Source of the DNA: Dictyostelium discoideum
Taxonomy: Eukaryota
Direction of reading: 5' to 3'
DNA length: 64,000 nt
NCBI GenBank assembly: GCA_000004695.1
Contig: CM000154.2
Coordinates: forward strand, 1,984,001-2,048,000
The position numbers and the translations under genes are program-made. The first letter of the stretch is position 1. The number at the start of each line of letters is the position of its first letter. Shown here piece by piece: positions 1 through 10,268 of this stretch. A model generated the notes under the pieces. That model was not told where the DNA came from, did not search any database, and saw only the letters and a program-made list of their open reading frames with translations.

Positions 1-703
1 AAACCCCAAATGCCCATACTGTAGGTCATAATTGGGAAGAATAATGCGATGAATACATAAAGGAATGAGACTGAGACCATCATTGATTTGGAGAATTTGA
101 AACTGAAATTTAATGATAACCATTGAAGTAATGAACTGAGGAACCAAAAATTACCACTTGCAATCTCACGAACGAAATCACGACTTGCTGTTGCTTTCTT
201 TTCAATTCTTTTCTTCCAATAGGCTAATGGATACATTAATGGTAACATACAAATTGTTCCAACTACATAGTTAACAAATTTATTCTTGAAAAATAAATCA
301 TTACCACATGCATACCCAACAGAGAATAATCCACAACATGCTGTACCCATAAATATCCATCCAATTGGTAACAAATACCATGGAAGTGCATATACTAAAT
401 ATGTACCAATTGTCACTAAACCAATTGATGCTAATAATTTCTTTGTTGCTGTTCTTGTACTTTTTTCAAATACCTTTAAAAAAAATAAAAAAATAAAAAA
501 TAAAAAAAATAATTAATAAAAAAAAGTTTTTTTTTTTTTTTTTTTATATATTTCAAAAAGTTTTTATTTTTATTTGCACTTTTATTATTATTATTATTAA
601 AATTATTATATTAATTATAAATTTTTTATTAACTTACTTCTTGTGGAAGTTTTGAGATCATTTCAATTGCCTCAGTACATGAGGTAATTGGAGATGATAT
701 CAT
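1..703 (-). CDS. multi-pass membrane protein, 5' portion of the gene (exons ~638..703 and 1..473; continues beyond the window start)
   Basis: Seen in sequence: reverse-strand ATG at 703..701 gives MISSPITSCTEAIEMISKLPQE followed by a GTAAGT donor (rc of 632..637). An AG acceptor (rc of 474..475) opens a second exon reading VFEKSTRTATKKLLASIGLVTIGTYLVYALPWYLLPIGWIFMGTACCGLFSVGYACGNDLFFKNKFVNYVVGTICMLPLMYPLAYWKK... with several hydrophobic helices. The + strand ORF 286..516 is its antisense. Confidence 0.5.
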
Positions 704-1123
704 TTTTTATATTATATTATTTATTTTTTTATATTATTTAAATAAAATTTGATTTGTTTTTTTTTTATTTTTTTTAAAAAAAGAAAACCTTAAAAAAAAA
801 AAAAAAAATAAAATAAAATAAATTTGATAAAAAAAAAAAAAAAAAAAAAAAACAAAAATTAAAAAAATATAAAAAAAAATAAAATTTTAAAAAAAAAATA
901 AAAAACAATTCGTAAAAATATTTTGATATTTTCAATAAACAATTTTATGCCAGTTTTCATTTTTTTTAATTTTTTTTTATTTTATTTTATTTTTAATTCC
1001 GAGCATCAAACGTGGATTTGATTTTTAAAAAAAATTAAAAAATAATTAAAAAAAAAAAAAAAAAAAAAGATATTTTATTAAAAGCGGTTAATTAATATTT
1101 TGTTATATGTAAACAAATAAATA

Positions 1124-1157
<34 letters not shown>

Positions 1158-1592
1158 TTTTATTTCCTTTTTTGAGATACATAACATAGATGTAATGTAT
1201 CCAATACTTGAGATAATTTTTTTTTTTTTTTACCAAACACCACAAAATTTAATATTTTATTTAGTATTTTTTTTATTATTATTATTTTTTTTTTTTTTAA
1301 TCCAATTTTTTTAATTCGCAAATTATTAATAATTTAAAACAAATTAGATGTAAATTAAAAAAAAAAAGTATAGATTTGTTATTTTTTTTTTTTAATTTAA
1401 AAAAAAAAAAACACCGCTTTGACTACTTTCGTTTTTTTTTCTTTTTTTTTTTTTATTTTTTTTTTTTTTTATTTTTTTTTTTCTAAAAAAAAAAGAAAAG
1501 AAATAATAAAAAATAAATTTTAACGAAAGTAGTTTTTTGAAACAAATTCAAATATTTAAATAAAAGTTGATTAATATGTTAATTTAAAAAAA

Positions 1593-4500
1593 ATGGGTAA
1601 AAAGAAAATTGATATAAATACAAGAGAAGATTTATTTTTATCATATTATAAAGAAATTGAAAAAAATAAATTTGATCTTTTAAAAATTTGCAGTGACAAA
1701 AATTTTTCAAAATCAAATTTTTTAAAAGCAGTTCACTGTTTATTTTCATTATCATATTTTTGTAAAATTAAAGATGAAAATGAAGAAGAAGAAGGAAAAG
1801 AAGAAGAAATAAATGATTACAAAGTTAAAAAAAGCACAACTGGTAATTATTACAGAAATTCCGAAGGCAAATTATTTAAAAAATCAAATGAAAAAGATCA
1901 AATAGATGATGTTTCCATATTTTATAAAAGATTACCAACAATCCAAGATTTTAAAGACACATATGACAAATAGTGGGTTTTTTTATTTTTTTTTTATTTT
2001 ATTTTTTTATTATTTATTATTTAATAAATTAACTTTTTTTTTAATTATTATTATTATTTATTTTTAAATTAGTGAAAATTGTTTAAATTCAGTTTATTAT
2101 ATTATTAGAAAAATTAAATTATTACATTTGGAATATTTTTGGGAAATTTTAGCTTCTTGTTATGGAACGATATCATTTATTAAATTTTTTAATATATTTT
2201 CAAATGAAATATTTTCACCAAGTGAAAATGGAGATTCAGTTTTTATAATGGTTGGAAAATTTTTTAGAAGAAAAGTAAGAGCAGAGACACATTATGATTT
2301 AATATTTTTAAAAATCATATTGGCCAACGCATCAATACCAATGATTTTAAAACTTGGAGTTAAAGATATAGGTAGATTTACAGAAAAGGAGGATATTATA
2401 GTATCATATTATAGAAACTTTTCAATAATTCATTCACTTAGATTTGATAATGTTAAAGAGTTTGCATTAGTTTATAAAACTTTAAAGAATAATTATCCAT
2501 CAAAAAAAAAAAAAAAAATTACACTTTTTGAAGAAAATGGGAAAATTAATGTTAAAACATCAAAAAAAGATTTAATGCTATTCGAATTTGTTTGTAAATT
2601 TGATTGTGTTAAAATTTTTAAGAAATATTTTTTACCAAAACCTCAAATTATTAATAATAATGATAATAATGAAATGTTAGAATGTATTAGTAGTGGATCA
2701 TATTCAGGATTTGATGAAAAGAGTAAACGTAAAATTAGAATTTTTTTTTCAATATGTTGCAGACAAATTTCACCTAAAATCTTAAAATGCATTGTCGATT
2801 ATGTCAAGGATGATATTGGTTTTTTAGATTTACAAAATAGGCAAGATATTTACATTGGAGATTCAGCACCTGAAAAAGTTTTATTTCTAAATTGTTTTTT
2901 TGGTAATCATAAAGAACAACGTGTTATAGATTTTTTTAATCTCCTTACATCCAAATCAATTATAATATGTAATACTATTAAAGAGAAACCGGAACTTTAT
3001 GATTATCGTTATATTACATTGTCAACTGTTGATTCTACATTTTATTTTTCTGATAGTCATAAAGGTGCTGATTTTGGTGTTTACACTGATGAGATTAATG
3101 TTATTATTAATAATGATGATATTGATTATGATTATATTGGTGATGATGATAATGATGAAGAAATAGAAGAAACAAAAGATTATGGTAGTAGTAGTAGTGA
3201 TATTGATGATTTTTATAATGTATTTGAACCAAAAGCATCAATGATACCAAATATATTGGATTCTTGTAGTTTGGAAATACTAAAAGCATATATTCAAAAT
3301 ATAACTGGAAATGGTTTATTCAAAATAAGTCCATCATTATTTTTAGCACATGATGTAACTAGATTAGTTAGAAATCCAAAACCAAAAACAGAAACTGTTG
3401 TTAAAATATTGGAATTCATTAATACAATTTCAAGACTTTCAGAATTATCAACCAACGGTGTTCCTTTCACTTTTTTAACTAATAGATTCGAAATTGTCAC
3501 TAGTATAATTATGTCATTACATGATGAACGATCTATTTCAAATTCTGTTGAACCAGTTCAATGGTTACGTGCACTTGCTCCATTTGTTTCAAATGATGAA
3601 ATGAAATTAATTATATACAAAGTTAGAACTCTTTACAACTATGAACCACATTCAAATGGTGAAATCAAATATACCGAATTAGTTAGATTATTTGATGTTC
3701 AATATCTTTTAACTAAAGGTAAATTTTCACTATCTCAATTTAATGGTTTTGAAACTTCAATTTTTTTAAATCCAAAATTACTTGATGGTACTATTAATTC
3801 AAATATTTTAAATTCAATGATTATTAAAGACAAAGAAAAACTAGACTTAAAAGAATTATTTTTTAAAGAAAAACCACTTTCAGAAGCTGAACTTAAAGAA
3901 AAATTTGAAATTGCTACAAAAAATGAAAAAGAGTTATTGGACCAATTAAAAAAAGAAAATGATGCTGAAAAATTAAAAAAGAAAAATAAATTAAAAAAAC
4001 AAAAAAATCAACAACAACAACAACAGGCTAAACAACAAGCTCAACAACAAAAACAACAACACCAACAAAATATTCAACAAAATTATGAAAATCAACATAT
4101 TGAAGACCAACGAAAATTTAACCAACAAACCAAAGGTCGACCTATCTCTCCTTCATCAATTCAAAACCAAAATTTAAATCCAACTTTATTACAAAATCAA
4201 AATCAAACTTCAAACCCAACACCAAATTTAGAGTCAACAAAAAAAGCAACACCGACAACAACAACAACAACAACAACAAATTCCAATACATCAGCAATTA
4301 TAAATGAAATTAAAAATCAAGATTTAAATCAACAACAAAATATAACAGAAAATATAAATGAAATATATGATGTTTCAATTGGTAAATTTAAATTTAATAA
4401 AAAAGAGTCAAATATATTGGGTAGAGGATCAAATGGTACATTAGTATTTAAAGGTATTTGGAATAATAGAATACCAGTAGCAATTAAACAAATGCAAAAG

Positions 4501-5336
4501 ATGTTTAACCCATTAATTAGTAAAGAAATTGAAATTTTAATTGGTTTAACCAATAAAAACTTAAATTTAGTTGGATACATTGATCAAGAAGAAGATGAAA
4601 ATTGTGTTTACCTTGGTTTAACTCTATGTGATGGTTCATTACAATCTTTATACGATCAATCAAAATTAAATGAATTTATTAATCAAAATAATAATCAAAA
4701 TAATAATAATAATAATAATAGAGTATTGGATTTAATTATTGGAATGATAAATGGTGTAATATTTTTACATGATCAAAATATAGTTCATAATGATTTAAAT
4801 CCAAGAAATATATTAGTAAAAGATAATAGATTAATAATTTCAGATTTAGGTTTAAGTAAGATGAATGTTAGTTCAACTTATAATTTCTCAACAAATGCAA
4901 TTCCAACTGGTCAAGATGGGTATCATCCTGTTGAAGTACTTTTAGAGAAAAGAAAAACTAAATCAGTTGATGTTTTTTCTTTAGGTTGTTTAATTTATTT
5001 TATAATGACAAATGGTGCTCACCCATTTGGTGATAAATTCTCAAGACTTCGTTATATCACTAAAAGCAAATACAATCTATCTCAATTATCAAATTTAAAT
5101 TTAGTGGCAACTCATTTAATTGAATTGATGATATCATATGATGAGAGTAAAAGACCGACCCTATCATCAGTTTTAAAACATCCTTTGTTTTGGGACAGTT
5201 TAAAGAAAATTAAGTTTTTAGAATCTTCTTTACGTTTATTGGGTGATCATGATTTTAAGAAATTCAATATCAATAAAATATTAATTAGTTGTAATAGTAA
5301 TAGTAGTAGTAGTAATAGTATTTGTAATAGTAGTAA

Positions 5337-5371
<35 letters not shown>

Positions 5372-5745
5372 GTAGTTGTAAAATTAGTAGCAGTAGTTGT
5401 TATTGTGTACCATTACCTTGGAATCAATCACTCGATTATCAATTAGTGGATTCTTTATCAAATCAAATTGAAAAAAAAGTAGCATCTTATAAATTTGATC
5501 AACTTCATGATTTAATTCGATTCATCAGAAATACTCTACAACATTATAATCAAATTTATAGAGATTTAAAACAAATTTTACCAAATAGTGATATTTTAGA
5601 GTCATTAAAATCACAACAGTCGGCTTTAAATTATTTCGAATCCAAATTTCCAACTCTAATAATTTTTTTATTTAATCATTTTAGTGCTATACCTGAAATT
5701 AAAAATTCTATCCATTTTTCAAATGATACTTGTTCAATTTTTTAA
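1593..5745 (+). CDS. IRE1/RNase-L-like protein kinase with C-terminal KEN (kinase-extension nuclease) domain, no luminal sensor domain (Dictyostelium irl family). Proposed exons 1593..1972 and ~2073..5745
   Basis: Seen in sequence: the main exon (ORF-track frame 2128..5745) contains a kinase core (GRGSNGTLVFKG..VAIKQM, HNDLNPRNILV, ISDLGLSK, GTxGYHPVE) followed by a KEN-like tail (HPLFWDSLKKIKFLESS...RFIRNTLQHYNQIYRDL). The 2128 'start' is TTG, so the real start is upstream. ORF 1593..1973 begins with a true ATG, and its TAG stop is split by a GT (GTGGGT) at 1973. AG at 2071-72 then restores the downstream frame (phase 2, TA+T). Exon 1 assignment is inference (non-consensus donor). Confidence 0.65.
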
Positions 5746-5889
5746 AACTAAAAATAAAAATAATAAAATTAATTTTCGAAAATATGTTTGGTTTTTATTG
5801 TTTCTTTTTTAATAATTTTTAATATTTTTTTTTTTTTGAAAGAAGATTTTATAATCTTTTTACAGTAAATTTTCAAAGAAATTTCATCC

Positions 5890-5962
5890 GGTTTTATAGT
5901 GTAATTGGTTAGCACCCAGGACTTTGAATCCTGTAATCTGAGTTCGAGTCTCAGTAGAACCA
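5890..5962 (+). tRNA. tRNA-Gln (anticodon UUG)
   Basis: Seen in sequence: GGTTTTATAGTGTAATTGGTTAGCACCCAGGACTTTGAATCCTGTAATCTGAGTTCGAGTCTCAGTAGAACCA. It has a 7-bp acceptor stem (GGTTTTA/TAGAACC), D arm, anticodon stem CAGGA/TCCTG with loop CTTTGAA (anticodon TTG at 5924..5926), T arm CTGAG-TTCGAGT-CTCAG and discriminator A. It closely matches canonical eukaryotic tRNA-Gln. Confidence 0.85.
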
Positions 5963-5991
5963 TTTTTTAAATATCTTAAAAAAAGGTTAAA

Positions 5992-6004
5992 GGTTCGATT
6001 CCGG
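5992..6004 (+). promoter_or_regulatory. external B box (ex-B) downstream of the tRNA gene
   Basis: GGTTCGATTCCGG lies ~30 nt 3' of tRNA-Gln and matches the pol III B-box consensus GGTTCGANTCC. Dictyostelium tRNA genes characteristically carry such an extra B box 20-40 bp downstream (established knowledge). Confidence 0.5.
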
Positions 6005-6029
6005 AATAAATATTTTGAACAAACATTTT

Positions 6030-6200
6030 TCCCTTTAAAAAAAGATTGGTGAACTTGAATATAATTTTTAAGAATTTAATCAAATTTTTTTTGGAAAAAA
6101 AATTTAAATTCCTTTATAAAAAGATTGATAGGAACTTCGATGTGGTTTTTAAGAATTAAATTTAATTAGTAATATACATTGATACTTTAGTGGTTTATAA
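6030..6200. repeat. 2.5 tandem copies of a ~50-bp unit (...ctttaaaaaaagattggtgaacttgaatataatttttaagaatttaat / ctttataaaaagattgataggaacttcgatgtggtttttaagaattaaat / tagtggtttataagaattaaat)
   Basis: Direct-repeat similarity seen by eye immediately 3' of the tRNA/ex-B box. Confidence 0.4.
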
Positions 6201-6250
6201 GAATTAAATAAAATTATTTTTTATTTTTTTCAACTTTCCTAAATTTATAA

Positions 6251-6303
6251 AAAATGAAGATTGTGAATGTTGAGTCAACATTCAACATTCACAATCTTCA
6301 TTT
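6251..6303. repeat. near-perfect ~50-bp palindrome (aaaaatgaagattgtgaatgttga-g-tcaacattcaacattcacaatcttcattttt)
   Basis: The arms atgaagattgtgaatgtt and aacattcacaatcttcat are exact reverse complements (18 bp) around a 12-nt centre that is itself partly palindromic. Confidence 0.6.
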
Positions 6304-7212
6304 TTTTTTATATGAAACATTTATTTTGATTCCTAGGCAAAGTAATTGAATTTTATTTGGAAATAAAAAAAAAAATAGTGAATGTTTTGGTTTTTTTTTT
6401 TTTTTTTAGAGTTTTTTTTTATTTGAATTTTTTTTTTTCAACTTTTGTCTCAAGCTTTTTTTTCAATTTTTTTATCAACTTTCCAAAGCACCCATCCAAT
6501 TTGGTTTACAATTTTTCAAATTTGGTTTTTATTTTTTATTTTTTTTTTATTTTTTTTTTTTCCTTTTTTTTTTTTTATTTTTTTTTTATATTTTTTTAAG
6601 GTAGATCTACATCCCTTTCAACCATACATCTCAATCATCAAAATATAACTCAAACAAAAATTATTATATAACAACATTATTAAAAAATTTTTAAAAATAA
6701 TAAATCATAATTTGGTTGACCTCCACCCAATCTTGATAACAAAAAAAAAAAAAAAAAAAAAAAAAAAATAAAAAAAAAAATAATTAACAAAATACAAAAA
6801 TTTCACCACACACACACCAAAAATTCTATTATTAAAAAAATATAAAAATAAAAATAAAAATAATTAAAAAATAATTAAAAATAAAAAAAACTGTTGAGGT
6901 CAACCCATCATCAACAAAATACCATATTAATAATATTCATTATATGTATAAATAATTAATAATTTTTTTTTTTAAAAAAAAAAAAAAAAATAAAAAAGTT
7001 ACATTTTCTCACACACACTCAATTAAAAAAATTTAAAAAATAAAAAAAACAATAATAAAAAATATATAAAAAAAAAAAAAAAAAAAAAAACATTTATTTA
7101 TTCACTCACCTTCATTTTCAGTCACTCACCCACTTCTCTCAACAATATATAAAAGTTAAAAAAAAAAAAAAAGCTTTCTAAATAAAAAGAATTTAAAAAA
7201 ACATTCACTCAA

Positions 7213-7232
7213 TTTTAAATATAGGTTTAAAC
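7213..7232. promoter_or_regulatory. perfect 20-bp palindrome atataggtttaaacctatat in an upstream A-rich region
   Basis: Exact reverse-complement symmetry, about 300 bp upstream of the poly-Asn gene's first recognisable coding segment. Confidence 0.3.
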
Positions 7233-7555
7233 CTATATTAATTTCTTTTTTTTTCCTCAACTTAATTTTCAAATTATCTAAATTTATTATTTTCTTTCAA
7301 TTCCAGTTCATTTTTTATCAACTTTTTTTTTAATAATTAAAAAAAAAAAAAATAAAAAAAAAGGTTTTTTTTTTTTTTTTTTTTAATTTTAACAAAGAAT
7401 ATATAGAAGAAAAAAAAAAAAAAAAAAAAAAAAAACCAATTCCCATTTTAATATAAATAATTAAAAAAATACAACTTAAAAAAAAAAAAAAAAACCCAAA
7501 AAAAAATTTTTTTTCCCCAGGGGGAAAAAGAGATTATGATGAGGCTTGTGAAGAT

Positions 7556-7736
7556 TGGGATCCCTCAATAGGAGTTGACCAAACAAATGGTAATAGTAAT
7601 TTTAATAATGAATTCTCAAATAATGGAATTGATTCAAGTAATGGTAATTTCAATCAATTCAATACTAATACTAATAACAATAATAATAATAATAATAATA
7701 ATATTAATAGTAATTTAAATAATGGTTTAAATATTA

Positions 7737-7774
<38 letters not shown>

Positions 7775-8636
7775 CTAATTAACAATAGTAATAATAATAA
7801 TAATAATAATAACAATTCATTATCAACTAGTTTATCAAATAATTCAGTACCATTAACAATATCAAGTAATAATCAAAATTCTTTAGTTCCATCTAATAAT
7901 AATAATAATTCAACCAACAATAATAACAATAATAATAATAATAATAATAATTCAACAACCAATAACACAAGTACAACTACAACCACAGGATCAACATCAA
8001 CATCAATTACAACGACAACTACAAGTGGTACCAGTAAAAAAGGTGAAAGAAAGCGTACTAAATTTCCAGAGGAAGAAGTTAAAGTTTTATGTGATTTGGT
8101 TATATTATTTGGAAAAGATGTTAGAACCATACTGACATTTAAACCATTTAGTGGCGGAAAGTATTCAGAAAGACAAATCTATGATAAAGTGCGTGCATTG
8201 AAAAGAACTGGTTTAGTACCAACTAATCCAACATCTGATGATATTAAAAAATCTAGATTTGATTTGGGTATTGCTGATAATGTTGATATTCAATCTTTGA
8301 AAAGTACTAAAAAAGGAAGACTTTCAAATTATGTTTCAAATAGTTCACAATCTTCTGATTCTGATTATTCATCTTCTGATCATGAAGATGATGATTATAT
8401 ACCAAATTCAACTTTATCATCTTCCTCAACTTTACCAATTCCTTCAAATCCAAATTCAAATAAACGTTTAATTATATCACGTAATCCTAATCAGTTAAGT
8501 TCAACAAATGTAAATAATAATATTAATAATAGTGGTGGTAGTAGTAATAATAATAATAATAGTAATAGTATAAATAATAATAATAATAATAATATAAATA
8601 ATATAAATAATAATAATAATAATATTAATAATAATA

Positions 8637-8667
<31 letters not shown>

Positions 8668-8723
8668 TATTAACAATAATAATAATAGTAATAATAGTAA
8701 TAGTATTCATAATAATAATAATA

Positions 8724-8804
<81 letters not shown>

Positions 8805-9819
8805 ATAGTAATAGTAATAATAATAATAATAATTCAAATGGTAATATTACACCAACAACACCAGTAACAAGTAGTCGTAGAAGTATTCAAATTTTACAAG
8901 AAAATGCAAATCATTTAATTTCACAAATTCAAAATCAAATGTCAACAACTCCACCAATTACACCGACATCTCATCATAATGCAATTCCAATTCAATCATT
9001 ATCAAACGAAATAATCAATACACCCTCAAGAACACGTGAGAGGGATAGAATAGAAAAAGAAAAGGAAAAATTGGAAAAAGAAAGACTTGAAAAATTGGAA
9101 CAAAAAGAAAAAGAGAGATTGGAAAAATTGGAGAAAAAGAATCAACAAAAATTATTAGAACAACAAAAAGAACAACAACAAAAAGAACAACAACAACAAC
9201 AAAAACAACAAAAAAATAATCGCCATCATCTTGATTTAACAGATGATGAGGATGAGGATGATGATGAAAATTCATTAAAAAGTGATAACTCAAATAATGA
9301 AAAAGATGTAAATTTAAGTAATAATAGTAGTAATAAAGGTAGTGGTAAATTAAATTTAACTGGTAATAGTGTTTTTGATTATTACTCAACTGGTCATAAT
9401 TTATCATTATATAAATCAATAAAAACAAGTCCATCTTCAATGGTAACAATACCATCACCATCCTCTTCATGTTCATCAACCAGTAGTATTATTGGTTCAA
9501 GTAGTAGTAGTGGTGGTGGTGGCGGAAGTAGTGGTGTTATAGGTATAAGTAGTAAATATAATTATTCATTTAATCCATTCACAACAACTTCAATAACATC
9601 ATTATTACCTACAACTGTAAATAGTAATTCAAATAGTAGTGGTAATGGTAGTAGTAATAATAGTACACCTATTGTTAATGTAATCTCTACTTCAAATTCA
9701 AATTCAAATTCAAATAGCTTCTTTAAATATGAAACCGATAATAACCTCTTTATATATTATCCATTTTTTAATCAAAATACAAATTCAAATAATTATACTT
9801 TTGAAAGAGGTAATAAAAA

Positions 9820-9870
<51 letters not shown>

Positions 9871-10153
9871 CATTTAAAATTTGATTGATAATTTTTACTA
9901 ATTATTATTTTATTATTTTATTATTTTAGATTTATTAACACTTACTGTAGAGGTACCTTCAATTTTTGATTGGATAAAGGATAAACAACCACAAAATATT
10001 GATAAAAAAATTAAAATTGAATTTCCACATCCAGGTAAAAATTATGGACCACCAAGAAAAGTAAACAAATTACCTGAAGGTATAAATGGTGTTGGTTTTA
10101 TTTTTGAAAAGATTAAGCAAGGAAGTGTTGATTTTGATATTTCAATATTATAA
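7556..10153 (+). CDS. Asn-rich nuclear-type protein with Myb/SANT-like domain and EKEKLEKERLEKLE coiled-coil. Exons ~7556(?)..9809 and 9930..10153. 5' end and initiator not resolved
   Basis: Seen in sequence: the frame of ORF 8096..9877 (TTG 'start') is open upstream through a poly-Asn/Ser/Thr region back to ~7553 with no in-frame ATG; the first exon is probably missing or mis-read. KGERKRTKFPEEEVKVLCDLVILFGKDVRTILTFKPFSGGKYSERQIYDKVRALKR resembles a Myb/SANT-like DNA-binding fold. The poly-Ile tail of the ORF is really an intron: GTAATA donor at 9810 and AG at 9928-29, giving the in-frame last exon DLLTLTVEVPSIFDWIKDKQPQNIDKKIKIEFPHPGKNYGPPRKVNKLPEGINGVGFIFEKIKQGSVDFDISIL*. Confidence 0.5.
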
Positions 10154-10268
10154 ATATTTAATAAATTTTTTTGGAAAAAAAAAAAAAAAAAAAAAAAAGA
10201 CATTAAAATAATGATATAATTATTTAATTTTATTATTATTTATTTATTTATTTAAATTTAAATTAAAA

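Noticed and set aside
286-516. ORF-track + strand ORF (76 aa)
   Set aside because: It is antisense to a well-supported reverse-strand exon (membrane protein) and has a Lys-rich low-complexity tail from poly-A sequence.
6357-6648. Two overlapping + strand ORFs rich in Phe
   Set aside because: They are translations of poly-T tracts; there is no start context and no coding periodicity.
8491-9479. Reverse-strand ORFs 8491..8710 and 9015..9479 (poly-Leu/Ile/His)
   Set aside because: They are antisense to the (AAT)n/(CAA)n coding microsatellites of the + strand gene, and are low complexity only.
9811-9877. Poly-Ile C-terminus of ORF 8096..9877
   Set aside because: A GTAATA donor at 9810 and AG at 9928-29 splice this out; a downstream in-frame exon ending at 10153 is much more protein-like.
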